DNA of 64,000 bases from Hemiscyllium ocellatum (Eukaryota): assembly GCF_020745735.1 (NCBI RefSeq), contig NC_083408.1:10478484-10542483 (forward strand), in the 5' to 3' direction. The notes beneath the pieces are model-generated. The model worked only from the letters and a program-made list of their open reading frames with translations, made no database searches and was not told where the DNA came from. The first letter of the stretch is position 1. The number at the start of each line of letters is the position of its first letter. Of the stretch, positions 37,401 to 50,600 are shown in pieces. A program made the translations under genes and the position numbers.

Positions 37401-38179
37401 CCAGCCCCCTGGCTTTGTGATGTAATAATCGGTGTTTATTTCTCTTGAGTCTGGATCATAATTGAGTTCTTCCAACATATTCTAACCCCGACTTTCCAAT
37501 TTCCTCTGATTCTGCTGCTCAATGTTTTCATCATCAGACACATTTTGCTGACCAGCAGAGCCCACAGGAGACGAGTGGAGAGTCTCACAGGGCTACCGAG
37601 TTGCAAAGGCTAAAGTAAATCCATCTTGCAACTGTCAGTAATAACAATGTATTCGATATGGAACCAAATGTTTGTGAGAGGCTATTGGTCTACGTATCTA
37701 CATGAGTCGCGTTGGAATTTGGATTCATGCTGCACTTTCTCAATTGCTGCACAGCATTTATGCCTTTACCCTGACAAAGTTCAGGCAGCAACTGAAGAAG
37801 GTGCTGAAATATCCCTTCACTCAAATGAATCAATCAATCAATCAGATTCACTTAGACTTAGTGTGTGCTTATTGGGCCGAACAGCCTGTTTCCACAGTGT
37901 AGGGATTCTATGAGGACATAGATGTGTCAGTGTTGGACTGGGGTGGCCAAAGTTAAAAATCACACAACCCCTGGTTATCGTCCAACGAGTTTAATTGGAA
38001 GTGCTAGCTTTTGGGAGCTTCATCGGGTAGCTAGTGGGGCAAGATCATGGAACACAGAATTTACTATAAGTTCGGTTTCCTGTGATCCTGCCCCTCTAGC
38101 TACCTGTTGGAGGACCAGCGTCCAGTCAGTCCTGGTTTTTTTCATTTTAATTCAAATTCACATCAATGAAGCAGCCGAT

Positions 38180-39510
38180 CACAATGGTAACAGGCTGAGG
38201 ACAGGTGACTGAGGTGTCAGTGGGGGAGCACTTTGGGCCAGTGACCAAAGTTCGATTAATTTTAACGGAGCAATGGTTTTGTGTCTGAGAAGTCATGTCA
38301 CACGAACTTGACTGATTCTTTTTTGAAAAAGTAACAACGAGGATTGATGAGGGCAGAGCGGTGAACGGGACCTGTGTGGACTTCAGGAATGTGTTTGACA
38401 AGGTTCCCCATAGGATACTGTTTAGTAAGGTTAAATCATATGAAATACGGGGAGAATTAGACATTTTAATTGGCTCGAAGGCAAGAGGTGGTGGTGTAAG
38501 GTAGCTTTCCAGACTGGAGGCCTATGACCAGTGGTGTGCTACAAGGATCAGTGTTGAGTCGATTGCTTTTCATCATTTATATAAATTATTTGGATGCAAT
38601 CATAGAGGTATAGCTAGTACGTTTGCAGGTGGCAACTAAATTGGAGGCGCAGTGTTCCGTGAAGAAGGTTACCTCAGATTACAATGGGATCTTGATCAGA
38701 TGGGCCAATGGGCTGAGGACTGGCAGTTGGTGTTTAGTTTAGATATATACGAGGTGCTGCATGCTGGAAAAGCAAATCAGAGGAGGACATGTGCACTTAA
38801 TGGTAGAGGTGCGTTGCTGAACAAAGAGACATTGGAGTTCAGGTTCATAGTTCTTTGAAAGTAGAGTTGCAGGCAGATAGGATAGTGAAGAAGCCATTTG
38901 GTATGCTTTCCTTTATTGGTCAGAGTATTGAATATAGGAATTGGGACGTCATGTTGCGGCTGGACAGGACATTGGTTAGGCCATGTTTGGAATATTGCGT
39001 GCAATTCCTGTCTCCTTCTGATTGGAAGAATGTTGTGAATCTTGAAAGGGTTCAGAAAAGATTTACAAGGATGTCGCCAAGGTGGAGGATTTGAGCTACA
39101 GGGAGAGTCTGAAATAGGCTGGGGTTGTTTTCCCTGGAGCGTCGGAGGCTGAAGGGTAATCTTCTCAAGTTTCATAAAATCACGAGGGACATGGATCGGG
39201 ACAAAGACTTTCCCCTGGGTTTGGGAGTCCCGAATTGGAGGGCATACGCTTAGTGTGAGAGGGGAAAGATATAAAATGGACCTAAGGAGACAACCTTTTC
39301 ACACAGAGGGTGGTGCATGTATGGAATGAGCTGCCAGAGGAAGTGGTGGAGGCTGGTACAATTACAGCATTTAAAAGACATCTGAATAGTCAGGTTTAGA
39401 GGGTTATGGGCCAAGTGCTGGCAAATGGGACTAGATTAGGTTAGGATATCTGGTTGACATGACTGAGTTGAACTGAAGGGTTTGATTCCATGCTGTACAT
39501 CTCTATTACT
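38180..39510 (+). mobile_element. CR1-type LINE, internally deleted
   Basis: GQVTEVSVGEHFG joined directly to the GFV..KSC.TNL region, then DLDQMGQWAEDWQL, LEYCVQF.SP, ERVQKRFTRM and 3' tail. Confidence 0.85.
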
Positions 39511-41569
39511 AAGTGCAGTATTACAGAGCATGCAGGACTCCCTTAGTGACAACAGGTAATTGTTTGCACTGTGGTGATATTCGGACTGTAAATCTACACA
39601 TGTGTACCTGATAAACACCTCAACGTACAGAGACCAGGAGGGCAATCTCTCAAAACTTGAATTCTCTAACCAGAGACTGTGAGAACGAGAACATTTCTGG
39701 GAGGCATGGAAGATGAATGTAGCTTTACAAAACAAAACACGTGTATCCTTCAGTTGTTTGTGTAAATAAAAACTTTCTCATTTAAACTGACTAACAGTTC
39801 CAGTATCCACTGCCATTTGTGGAATACAGTTCCAAACCTTTCCCATCCTTTGTTTGTAGAAGTGTTTCCTAACATTCCTCCTGAACGCTCTGACTCTCAT
39901 TCTCAGACTGTGTCCCCTCGTAAGGGAATTGCCAGCCAATGGAAATCATTTATCTTTTTCTGTTAACGTCTTGGAGGACTTCACTCTGATTATTCCTTAA
40001 CCTTCAAGATTCTTATATAAATAAATTGTTCAGTAGGTCTGACAAGCATCTGTGTGAGAGAAAATAGAGTTAATGTTTCAAGTCCGGAAACCCTTCTTCA
40101 GAACTAAGTTGCATGATCTCTCCTCATACCCTCAGACCATACGAAACCAGAACAGATGACACAATACTAAAGTCAGGACATTCTGCAGCAGCAGTGACTT
40201 TGGGAGTCTCTGTCAATGGAAAATTGTACCAAGAATGCTGCTCAGTGGATTGTTATCAATGTTCTGGGGTTTGGGTCTGGCTGACCAGTCAATGAGATGG
40301 CGATGTTGTTGTTCAAAAGGTAAAACCAGAGAGCAGATCAGCAGCAGAATAAACCAAGTCCAAATGTCTTTATGCCACACCAGGGACGCCAATAAAATCA
40401 AGGATAGTTTAGAACACCTTCTCACCTGCTGAGTTAGTTGATGAATTTTTCCATGTGAGGTGATCTGTCCCTTCAGGCAGCTGACAAACTCCTTGTTTGG
40501 AACTCTGGGTTGATGCATTCCCAGAGATGCTGCCTTATACGGTCTGAAAACTCATTTGGGAGATTGACACGACAGCATTGCTCAGCTTTGTGTCAAAACT
40601 CTGACAATGAACAAACTAATTACAATAACAAGTTTAATCCTAATTATGAAGGAGCGTTGCTGTTCAGTACATCATAAAATAATAACATAAAACAGAATCT
40701 GGAATCTATCAGCAATAATGCTGCCCGCTCAAATACCGTGAGCCCCATCACAAGATCACAAATTATTTCAACCAATGCTGCATCGAGCCAATTTATTCCT
40801 TGTGTGAAAATATATCTCAGAGCTGTTCTTCTGTTCTCTAGAGTAGATGCGGCCCTCTTTAAACAATAGCATTTCACTCAGTGATGGAAATGTGATTCTT
40901 CTTACGCACTAAATGTGTGTATTACTGCCGTGGTCAGCATTTATTTCTCATCCCTAATTGCCCACGTTCCGCAGGCACATGAAGGGCTTTCCTGGAGGAA
41001 GGGAAATGAATGAACAAGATGGGCTTCCAACAATGGAGGTATCACTGATGTCACTCTTATTGTCATTCTCCATCATTCCCAAAGGGCAACTAGGGACGAG
41101 TAATAAACGCTGGCCCAGCTAGTGATGCCCACATCCCATCAATGGTTAAGAATAAAGTGATAACATTGGGAGATCCATCTACCTTTTACTCCTTGTCTGT
41201 ATTCTTCAGGATCATACCCATGTGTTGGGATATGTGCCTTTTCCGAACTAAAATCAAAACCACCAGGATCCCGAGATATATCATGGTGAGTGCAGTTAGG
41301 ACCACAGCTTAATGTGAGAAGAGCCAAATGCATGGATGACAGGCTGTGGGCATATGATGTCATGGCCTGTTCCTTCACATTTACTTAAATGTCCCCTCTA
41401 TTTCCACAGTATGTGGGAGGAAGATATAATAAGCCGTCTAAATACATTTTTTAAAACTATTATTCCGTTAATTTGGACGTCATCCAACTTTGTCACTTGG
41501 GATATTGGAATCCCGAGCACTGAGAGTGTCCTTGCAGTTGCCATTAAACCAGAACTTGGTGAGCTGCTG

Positions 41570-41860
41570 TATTTGGGGTGGATGGTGGCTCAGTGGTCAC
41601 ATTGCTGACTCACAGCACCAGGGACACGGGTTCATTTCCAGCCTTGGGTGACTGTCTGTGTGGAGTTTGCACATTCTCCCTGTGTCTGCACACAGGCCAA
41701 AGATGTGGAGGTTAGGTGAATCAGGATTCTAAATTGTCCATAGTGTCAGGTGCATTGTCAGGGGTAAATATAGTGTAGGGGAATGAGTCTGAGTCGATTA
41801 CCCTTCGGAAAGTCGGTGTGGACTTGTTGGATGAAGAGCCTGTTCCCATACTGCAAGGAA
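41570..41860 (+). mobile_element. HE1-like SINE
   Basis: GGTGGCTCAGTGGTCACATTGCTGACTCACAGCACCAGGGACACGGGTTC..GTCTGTGTGGAGTTTGCACATTCTCCC. Confidence 0.85.
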
Positions 41861-42319
41861 TGTAATTCAAACTGACAGTGAGAGATATTGGTGTGCGTCT
41901 TCTCCTGGAACAAATGTTTACACTGTTTGTCACAAATTTGCTATGGAGCTTTCCCTTGGCTGGCCTGTCTGAACTCCTCCCTCATCCTGCTCCTGCAGAT
42001 ACTGCACAGAGTGTCCCAGCAATAATGATGGTGAGCAACAAAACGACATTCTGTGCTGTATCTAAAGCACAGAGACCCAGAGATGGAGAGCAGAAGGAAG
42101 CCTGTGATTTTGCTCTTCACCATCTCTGGTACCTTCATCTTCCTGTTGTTCATCTATATTTTAAGTTTCTTACATTATATTATTTAAGGAGTCCAACCTG
42201 AAGATTATTCACCTTTCCTGCATAACTTCACAAAACTTTGTTATATGTGCTGCAGACCTTAAGTTGGTGCACAAACAAATTTATTTATGTAGCAACATTA
42301 TCTCGGTTCAGAGTGAAGA

Positions 42320-42902
42320 TCAGTAGAGTCACAGAGATGTACAGCATGGAAAAAGACCCTTACGTCCAACCCGTCCATGCTGGCCAGATATCCCAAATCA
42401 ATCTAGTCCCAACCGCCAGCACCCGGTCCATATCACTCCAAACCCTTCCTATTCATATCCCCATCCAAATGCCTCTTAAATGTTGCAATTGTACCAGCCT
42501 CCACCACTTCCTCTGGCAGTTCATTCTATACACGTACCACACTCGGCGTGAAAATGTTACCCTTTGGGGTATCTTTTATATCTTTCGCCTCTCAACCGAA
42601 AACTATGCCCTCTAGTTCTGGACTCCACGACCTCAGGGAAAAGACTTTGCCTATTTACACTATCCATGCCCCTCATAATTTTGTAAACCTATATAAAGTC
42701 ACCCCTCAGCCTCTGACACTCCAGGGAAAATAACCCCAGTCTGTTCAGCCTCTCTCTATAGCTCAAATCCTCCAACCCTGGCAACATCCTTGTAAATCTT
42801 TTCTGAACCCTTTCAGGTTTCACAACATTTTTCCGATAGGAAGGAGACCGGAGGTGCACGCAATATTCCAACAGTGACCTAACCGATGTCCTGTAAAGCC
42901 GC
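42320..42902 (-). mobile_element. CR1 3' fragment
   Basis: ORF 42689-42967: LYRTSVRSLLEYCVHLRSPSYRKNVVKPERVQKRFTRMLPGLEDLSYRERLNRLGLFSLE. Confidence 0.9.
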
Positions 42903-43941
42903 TGTTTTGAAGTGCAAAATTGTGGCAGGTGATTACATGATATTATGAGAACCCATTCACCAAACAAATGGCTGGCCTGTATTTTTCAGCATCAAGATTC
43001 CAGTTTCTTTGTGTTGCTTATCCATTGCAGTCTCATCAGAAATTCCCTTCCATTAGTTACGACGCAGAGGTCGAAACTCTTTGGTAATTAAACCAAACAA
43101 CAAGATAGTCTTGGTTCACCTTGCAATCTGTTAAAAGATGAGGCACAGAGAACTCCAAAATAACATTATTTAAGGAAAATAACAATTATTTTCTTCACTC
43201 TAATAGTGAACACTAAACAACACCTGTTCACAAATCCAAATCCCCTTCTTTTACCTACTTAGTATCTGACTCCAACTGCACAAAAATACACTGTTCCAAT
43301 TATTAAATTGGATATTTATCAAGCATTTCATTAACTAAATCTCAAGACCCAACAGGTTCCTTTGTTTTCAATCCACTGGCTGCGAATCTTGCTGGGTCGT
43401 TTTTTTTTTCTTTTTTTTCACTGTGAGCAAGTTTCACTTGAAAAAGTACCTTTGGTAGAAATTGATTTCTAATTTCTTGGAGAGGAAGATGCGTGATGGG
43501 TATTTAGCTCTCGGGCTCGACAGCAGTTGCTTGCTATTCAATAGCAGTTGCTCTCCCTCATACTTTCAAAATATCGGGTTTGAATAACACACATGACTCA
43601 TTAAATTCTTATAATCAGTTTCAAGGTGTTAAATAATCAAACAAAATGGTTTCTGATATCCTGGGCATAATTTAAACTAATTGGGTAAATTGAAATTGTG
43701 GTCAAAACAGCAGCCAAACCTCAGGTAATTTGGAACATGTGTCTATTTTGGAACAGCTTTTCTCTCAGCTGTCAGCAGTTACTGTCCTGGAAATTCAAAA
43801 ACCACTTTCTATCTTGCAGTGCACAAAAACTCTGTTGACTTTGGAACAATATAGATTCGTTGGTTACAGATCCAGATAGAGACTGTACATTCATCTGTAC
43901 TGTCACCAAAACAAAACAGATGCACCAGCACTTCAACAACA
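42903..43941. mobile_element. About 1.04-kb non-coding insertion with TGT...ACA ends and short terminal inverted repeats (solo LTR or non-autonomous DNA transposon)
   Basis: Starts TGTTTTGAAGTGC and ends GCACTTCAACAACA; interrupts a CR1 fragment that appears to resume briefly after 43941. No clean TSD seen. Confidence 0.55.
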
Positions 43942-43959
43942 GGCTCGTGACTTTTCCCG

Positions 43960-46900
43960 ACTCAACACTGCAATCACCCCTTCCCTGACTGACCCCTACC
44001 CAACACTGTAATCACCCCTTCCCTGACTGATACCTAGCCAACACTGTAATCACCCCCCTCCCTGACTAATCCCGACCCAACACTGCAACCACCATTTCGC
44101 TGGGTAATCCCTACCCAACACTGCAGTCTCCTCCTCCCTGACTTATCCCCAGGAAACACTGCAGTTTCCACTTCCCTGAGTAATGCCGAACAACACTGCA
44201 ATCTCCCCCTCCCCGACTGATCACTAGAAAACAGTGTAATCACCCCTTTCCTGAATAATCGCGACCCAAACCTGCAATCTCCCCCTCCCCGACTGATCCC
44301 TAGAAAACATTGTAATCACCTCTTCCCTGACTAATTCCCTACCCATCACGGCAATCAACCCTTCCTTGACTGATCCCCACTCAACATTGTCATCACTCTC
44401 TCCCTGACTAATCCCTACCCAAAACTGAAATCACCCCCTCCTTGACTGATCCATGCCCAACACTGTAAACACCCCCTCCCTGCCTGATCCCTCCCAAACA
44501 CTGCAATCACCCACTCCCTGAATAATCCCTACCCAACAATGCAATCACTCCCTCCGTGGCTGATCACTGCCCAACACTGCAAACACCCCATCCCTGACTA
44601 ATACCCAGGCAACAATGCAATCTCCCCCTCCATGACTAATCCCGACTCAACACTGTAATCACCCTTTCCCTGACAGTTCCTTACCCAACACTGTAATCTC
44701 CCCCTCCCTGATTGATCCCTACCCAACCATGCAGTCTCCCCCTCCCTGACTAATCCCGACCTAAAACTGCAATCTCCCCGTTCCTCACTGATCACTAATC
44801 AACACTGGAGTCACCCACTCCTGAATAATTCCGAACCAACACTGCAATCTCCCCTTCCCTGATTGATCCCTAACCAACACTTTAATCACCTCTTCCCTGG
44901 GTAATCCCGACCCAACACCGAAGTCTCCCTCTTCCTGACTTATCCCCAGGAAACACTGCAGTCACCCCCTCCCTGACTAAACCCTACCCAACACTGCAAT
45001 CACCCCTTCCTTGTCTAATCCCGACCCAAAAGTGCAATCTCCCCCTCCCCGACTGATCCCTAGAAAACATTGTAATCACCTCTTCTCTGACTAATCCCTA
45101 CCCACCACGGCAATCACCCCTTCCCTGGCTGAACCCTACCCAAAAGTGCAATCTCCCCCTCCCTGACTGATCCCTCCCTACCCAACACTGCAATCACTCC
45201 CTCCCTGGATGATTCCTGCCCAATACTGCAATTTACCCTCCCTGACTAATCCCCAGGCAACACTGCAATCTCCCCCTCCATGACTAATCACGACCCAACA
45301 CTGTAATCACCCTTTCCCTGACAGTTCATTACCCAACACTGCAATCTCCCACTCCCCGATTGATCCCTACCCAACCATGCAGTCAGCCCTCCCTGACTAA
45401 TCCCCAGGAAACACTGGAGTCTCCCCCTCCCTGACTAATCCCCAGGCAACACTGCAGTCACCCCCTCCTGACTAATCCCGACCCAACACTGCAATCTCCC
45501 CTTCTCTGACTGATACCTAACCAAAACTGTAATCATTATCTCCCTGACTAATCCCTACCCATCACTGCAATCACCCCTTCCCTGGGTAATCCCTAACCGA
45601 CACTGCAGTCTCCCCCTCCCTGGCTTATACCCAGGAAACACTGAATTCACCACCTCTCTGACTAATCCCTAAACAACACTGCAATCACCCTTCCATGACT
45701 AATCTCGACCCAACACTGCCATCTCCCCCTGCCCGACTGATCCCTACAAAACATTGTAATCACCACTTCTCTGACTAATCCCTACACAACACTGCAAGCA
45801 CCCCTCCCCTGACTGATCCACACCCAACACTGCAATCACCCCCACATTGACTGATCCCTACCCAACACTGTAATCACGAACTCCCTGACTCATCCCTACC
45901 CAAAAGTGCAATCACCCCCTCCCTGACTGATCCCTACCAAACACTGCAGTCACCCCTTCCCTGACTGACCCCTATACAACACTGCAATCACTCCATCACT
46001 GACTGTTCCCTCCCCGACACTGCAATCTCCCCCTCCATGGCTAATCCCGACCCAACACTGTAATCACCCTTTCCCTGACAATTCGTTACCCAACACTGTA
46101 ATCTCCCCCTCCCTGATTGATTCCTACCCAACCGTGCCTTCTCCCCTCCCTGACTAATCCCCAGGAAACACTGCAGTCTCCCCCTCCCTGACTAATCCCG
46201 ACATAAACTGCAATCCCCCCGTTCCTCACTGATCACTAATCAACACTGGAGTCTCCCCCTCCCTGACCGATTCCCAGGCAACACTGCAGTCACCCCTTCC
46301 TGAATAATCCCGAACCAACACTGCAATCTCCCCTTCCCTGACTGGTCCCTAACCAAAACTGTAATCACCCCTTCCCTGGGTAATCCTGACACAACACCGA
46401 AGTCTCCCTCTTCCTGACTTATCCCCAGGAAACACTGCAGTCACCCCCTCCCTGACTAATCCCTTTCCCAACACTGCAATCACCCCTTCCCTGACTAATC
46501 CCGACCCAAAACTGCAATCTACCCCTCCCCGACTGATCCCTAGAAAACATTGTAATCACCTCTTCCCTGACTAATCCCTACCCATCACTGCAATCACCCC
46601 GTCCCTGACTGATCCCTATACAACACTGCAATCACCCCCTCCCTGACTGATCCCTATACAACACTGCACTCACTCCCTCCCTGGCTGATCCCTCCCCAAC
46701 ACTGCAATGTATCCTCCCTGACTAATCCCCAGGCAACACTGCAATCTCCCCCTCCATGACTAATCCCGAACCAACACTGTAATCAACCTGTCCCTGAAAG
46801 TTCCTTACCCATCACTGCAATCTCCCACTCCCTGATTGATCCCTACCCAACCATCCAGTCTCCCTTCCCTGATTAATACCCAGGAAACACTGGAGTCTCC

Positions 46901-48865
46901 CCCTCCCTGACCAATCCCCAGGCAACACTGCAGTCACCCCCTCCTGACTAATCCCGACCCAACACTGCAATCTCCTCTTCTCTGACTGATCCCTAACCAA
47001 CACTGGAATCACCATCTCCCTGACTAATCCCTACCCAAGACTGCAATCACCCCTTCCATGACGAATCTCGACCCAACACTGCAATCTCCCCCTCTCCGAC
47101 TGATCCCTACAAAACATTGTAATCACCACTTCCCTGAATAATCCCTACACAACACTGCAATCACCTCTTTCCTGACTGATCCCCACCCAACACTGAAATC
47201 ACCCCCTCACTGACTGATCCCTACCCAACACTGTAATCACGCCCTCCCTGACTAATCCCTACGCAAAACTGCAATCACCCCTCCCTGACTGATCACTACC
47301 TAACACTGCAATCACCCCCACCCTGACTGATCCCTACCCAACACTGCAATCACCCCCTCCCTGACTGATCCCTACCTAACACTGCAATCACCCCCTCCCA
47401 GACTGACCCCTATACAACACTGCAATCACTCCATCCCTGACTGTTTCCTACCCAACACTGCAATCACTCCCTCTCTGGCTGATCCCTGCCAACACTGCAA
47501 TCACCCCGTCCCTGACTAATCCCCAGACAGTACTGCAATCTCCCCCTCCATGACTAATCCCGATCCAACACTTTAATCACCCTTTCCCTGACAGTTCCTT
47601 ACCCAACACTGCAATCTCACCCTCCCTGACTGATCCCTACCCAACCATGCAGTCTCCCCTCCCTCACTAATCCACAGAAAATACTGCAGTCATTCCCTCC
47701 TGACTAATCCCGACCCAACACTGCAACACCCCCTCCCTGACTGATCTCTACGCAACACTGTAATCACCCCTTCCCTTACGGATCCCTATCCAACACTGTA
47801 ATCAGCCCCTCCCTGACTGATCCATATCCCACACTGTAATCACCCCCTCCCTGACTGATCCCTACCCAATACTGGGATAAAAACAATGACTGCAGATGCT
47901 GGAAACCAGATTCTTGATAAGTGATGCTGGAAGAGCACAGCAGTTCAGGCAACATCCATGGAGCAGCGAAATCGACGTTTCGGGCAAAAGCCCTCCCCAC
48001 CCAACACTGCAGTCTCTCCATCCCTGACTGATCCTTACCCAACACCGTAATAACCCCCTTCCGGACTGATCCCGCCCTAACACAACAATTATGCCCTTTC
48101 TGATTAATCCAGTCCTAACACAGTAATCTGCTCCTCCCTGACTGATCTCTATCCACTGTGTCCTCTCTCTCTCCATGACTGATCCCACGTATGTAATCTG
48201 CACGTTCCTGACAGATCTCTGCACAACTCTGCAATCAACCACTCCCTCACAGATCACTACCAACACTGTAATCACCCAGTCCCTTGCTGGTACCGACACA
48301 AAACTGCAATCACCCCCTCACTGACTGATCCCTTCCCAATACTGCAATTACCCCCTCACTGACTGATCCCTTCCCAACACTGCAATCACCCCCTCACCTC
48401 ACATAGTGATCCAGACCCATCACTACAATAAATCCCTCCCTGACTGATGCCTCCACAATAAAATAATCTCTCCCTACGACTGATCACGACCCACTCTCCA
48501 ATCACGCTATCCCTGACTGATTCCTATCCAACACAGTAATCTCCCTTTCCCTTATCAACACTTCAATCTGACCCTCTCCAACTGATCCCTACCTAACACC
48601 GCACTCACACCCTTCCTGACTGATCCCAACCCATCACTATAATCGCCCCTTCCCTGACTGATCCCTCCCCAACATTGCAATCTCAGCCTCCTTGACTGAT
48701 CTCTACCACACTCCACATTCACCCCCTCACTGACTGATCCCGACACATCACTGAATCAACCACTCCGAGACTGATCTGGACATAACAAAGTAATCACCGC
48801 CTTCCAAACTGATCCCGAACCAGCACCCCTCCTTAGTGATACCTACACAACACTGCACTCACCCG
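43960..48865. repeat. Satellite B: 38-bp C-rich minisatellite array
   Basis: Consensus CTGACTGATCCCTACCCAACACTGCAATCACCCCCTCC, about 4.9 kb, degenerating toward 48100-48865. Confidence 0.95.
47874..47994 (-). mobile_element. Penelope-like 3' fragment inserted in satellite B, truncated within the hammerhead
   Basis: Reverse strand AGGGCTTTTGCCCGAAACGTCGATTTC..GATGTTGCCTGAACTGCTGTGCTCTTCCAGC; CTGATGA core absent. Confidence 0.8.
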
Positions 48866-48874
48866 CCCCCCCCC

Positions 48875-50600
48875 CGGAAAATTAGATCGCAAGGAATCCA
48901 GGAGGCATTGGCAAACTGAGTGCGCAATTGGCTTGATGGTAGGAAGCAGAGGGTAACAGTCAGGCAGACGGCTTGTGACTAGTGGTGTGCCTCAGCGGTC
49001 ATAGATTCCCTATTCTGTAGAAACAGGCCCTTCAGCCCAACAAGTCCACTAGCCCTCTGAAGATTATTCCACCCAAACGCAATCCCCTACTTTATTACTC
49101 TACATTTACCCCTGACTAATGCAACTTACTTACACATCAATGAAAACTATAGGCATTTGAGCATGGCCAATTTACCTGACCTGCACATATTTGGGTTGTG
49201 GGAGGAAACAGTAGGACCCAGAGGAAACCCACGCAGACATGGGGAGAACGTGCAACATCAGTTTGTGTGGCATGGTGGCTCAGTTTTTGGCACTGCTGCT
49301 TCACAGCGCCAGCGACCCGGGTTCGAAACACAGCGTCAGGTGACTGTCTGTGCGGAGTGTGCACATTCTTCCTGTGTCTGCGTGGATTTCCTCTGGATGC
49401 TCGGGTTTTGTAGCACAATCCAAAAATGTGCAGGTCAGATGAATTGGCCATGCTAAATTTTCCATAGGCTAGGTACATTCGTCAAGGGTAAATATTGGGT
49501 AGGGAGAATGGCTCTGTGTGGGTTTCTCTTCGGCAGGTCGGTGTGGACTTGTTGGAGCAAATGGCCTGTTTCCTTACTGTAGGAAATCTAACACACACAG
49601 ACCATCCTGTGAGATTGGAATTGAATCCAGATCCACGGTGCTGTGAGGCAGCAGTCCGAACCACTGAACCATTGCTGTTTGTTACCTATATCAATGACTT
49701 GGACGATAATGTTTAAGGCATGATTAGAAAGTTTTCCGATTACACTAAAATAAGTGAGGTAGGTTAATCAGCAATTGCAACAGGGCCTTGAGCAGCTGGG
49801 GACTTGGGCGGAGAAATGGCAAATGGAGTTTAATAAAGGCAAGTGCGAGATCTTCCATTTTGGAAAGTCAAATCAAGACAGAGGTTTCGTGGTGAATGGT
49901 AGGGCCTGAAGGAGTGTAGTAGAACAGAGATTGCACCGTTCTCTGAACAAATGGAAACAGGGCTGTGAAGAAGGCTTTTGGCACACTGGGCCCTTCATCA
50001 GTCAGGGCATGGAATATGGAAGTTGGGAAGTTCTGTTGTAGTTGTGCAGGATGTTGGTGAGGCCGCACTTGGAATATTGTGTCATTTTTGCCCACCGTTC
50101 TATCCGAAGGATGTTATTAAACAAGAAAGAGTACAGAAGAGATTTGCAAGGATGTTGCCAGAACTCAACTATACAGATATACAGAGAGAGAAGTTGGACA
50201 AGCTAGGACATTTTCTTTAGTGTGCAGGAGACTGAGGGGTGTCCTTGTAGAAGTGTATAAGATCATGGGAGACATGGATAGGATGAATGCACTCAGTCTT
50301 TATCCCAGGCTTGGGGAATCGAGGACGAAAAGGCATTGATTTAAGGTGAAAGGGGAAGATTAAAAGAGAACCTGTAGGACAATGCTTTTAACCAGAGAGT
50401 AGTGCACTTACGGAATGAAACACTAGTGGAAGTGGTCGAGGACGATATATTTAAGATCATTTAAAAGGTACTTTGACAAATACATGGAAATGAACGTTTG
50501 GAAGCATATGCGCCAAGTGCACGGAAACGGGGTTAGTGTGGATGGACACGTTTGAGCCAAAGAGCCTGTGTCCATGCTGTAGAACTCTATGACTCTATGG
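48875..50600 (+). mobile_element. CR1-type LINE RT/3' fragment with nested SINEs
   Basis: SGVPQ (about 48990) resumes as PLLFV.YINDLD (about 49670) after the SINE nest; ERVQKRFARMLPEL and 3' tail follow. Confidence 0.85.
49260..49600 (+). mobile_element. HE1-like SINE inserted into an antisense HE1-like SINE
   Basis: Plus-strand head at about 49270; the antisense copy is split into a head (49600-49665) and a body/tail (48995-49258). Confidence 0.75.

Noticed and set aside
38001-38030. Minus-strand remnant of a third hammerhead type (GAAAGCTA class)
   Set aside because: Core mutated (CCGATGA, AAAA) and half of stem II deleted.
40068-40105. Minus-strand family B hammerhead-like motif
   Set aside because: Stem III mismatch (GAAACATT) and two GU pairs in stem II; counted as decayed.
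43960-48865. CRISPR-like regular repeats
   Set aside because: Tandem units without unique spacers, vertebrate DNA, no cas genes.
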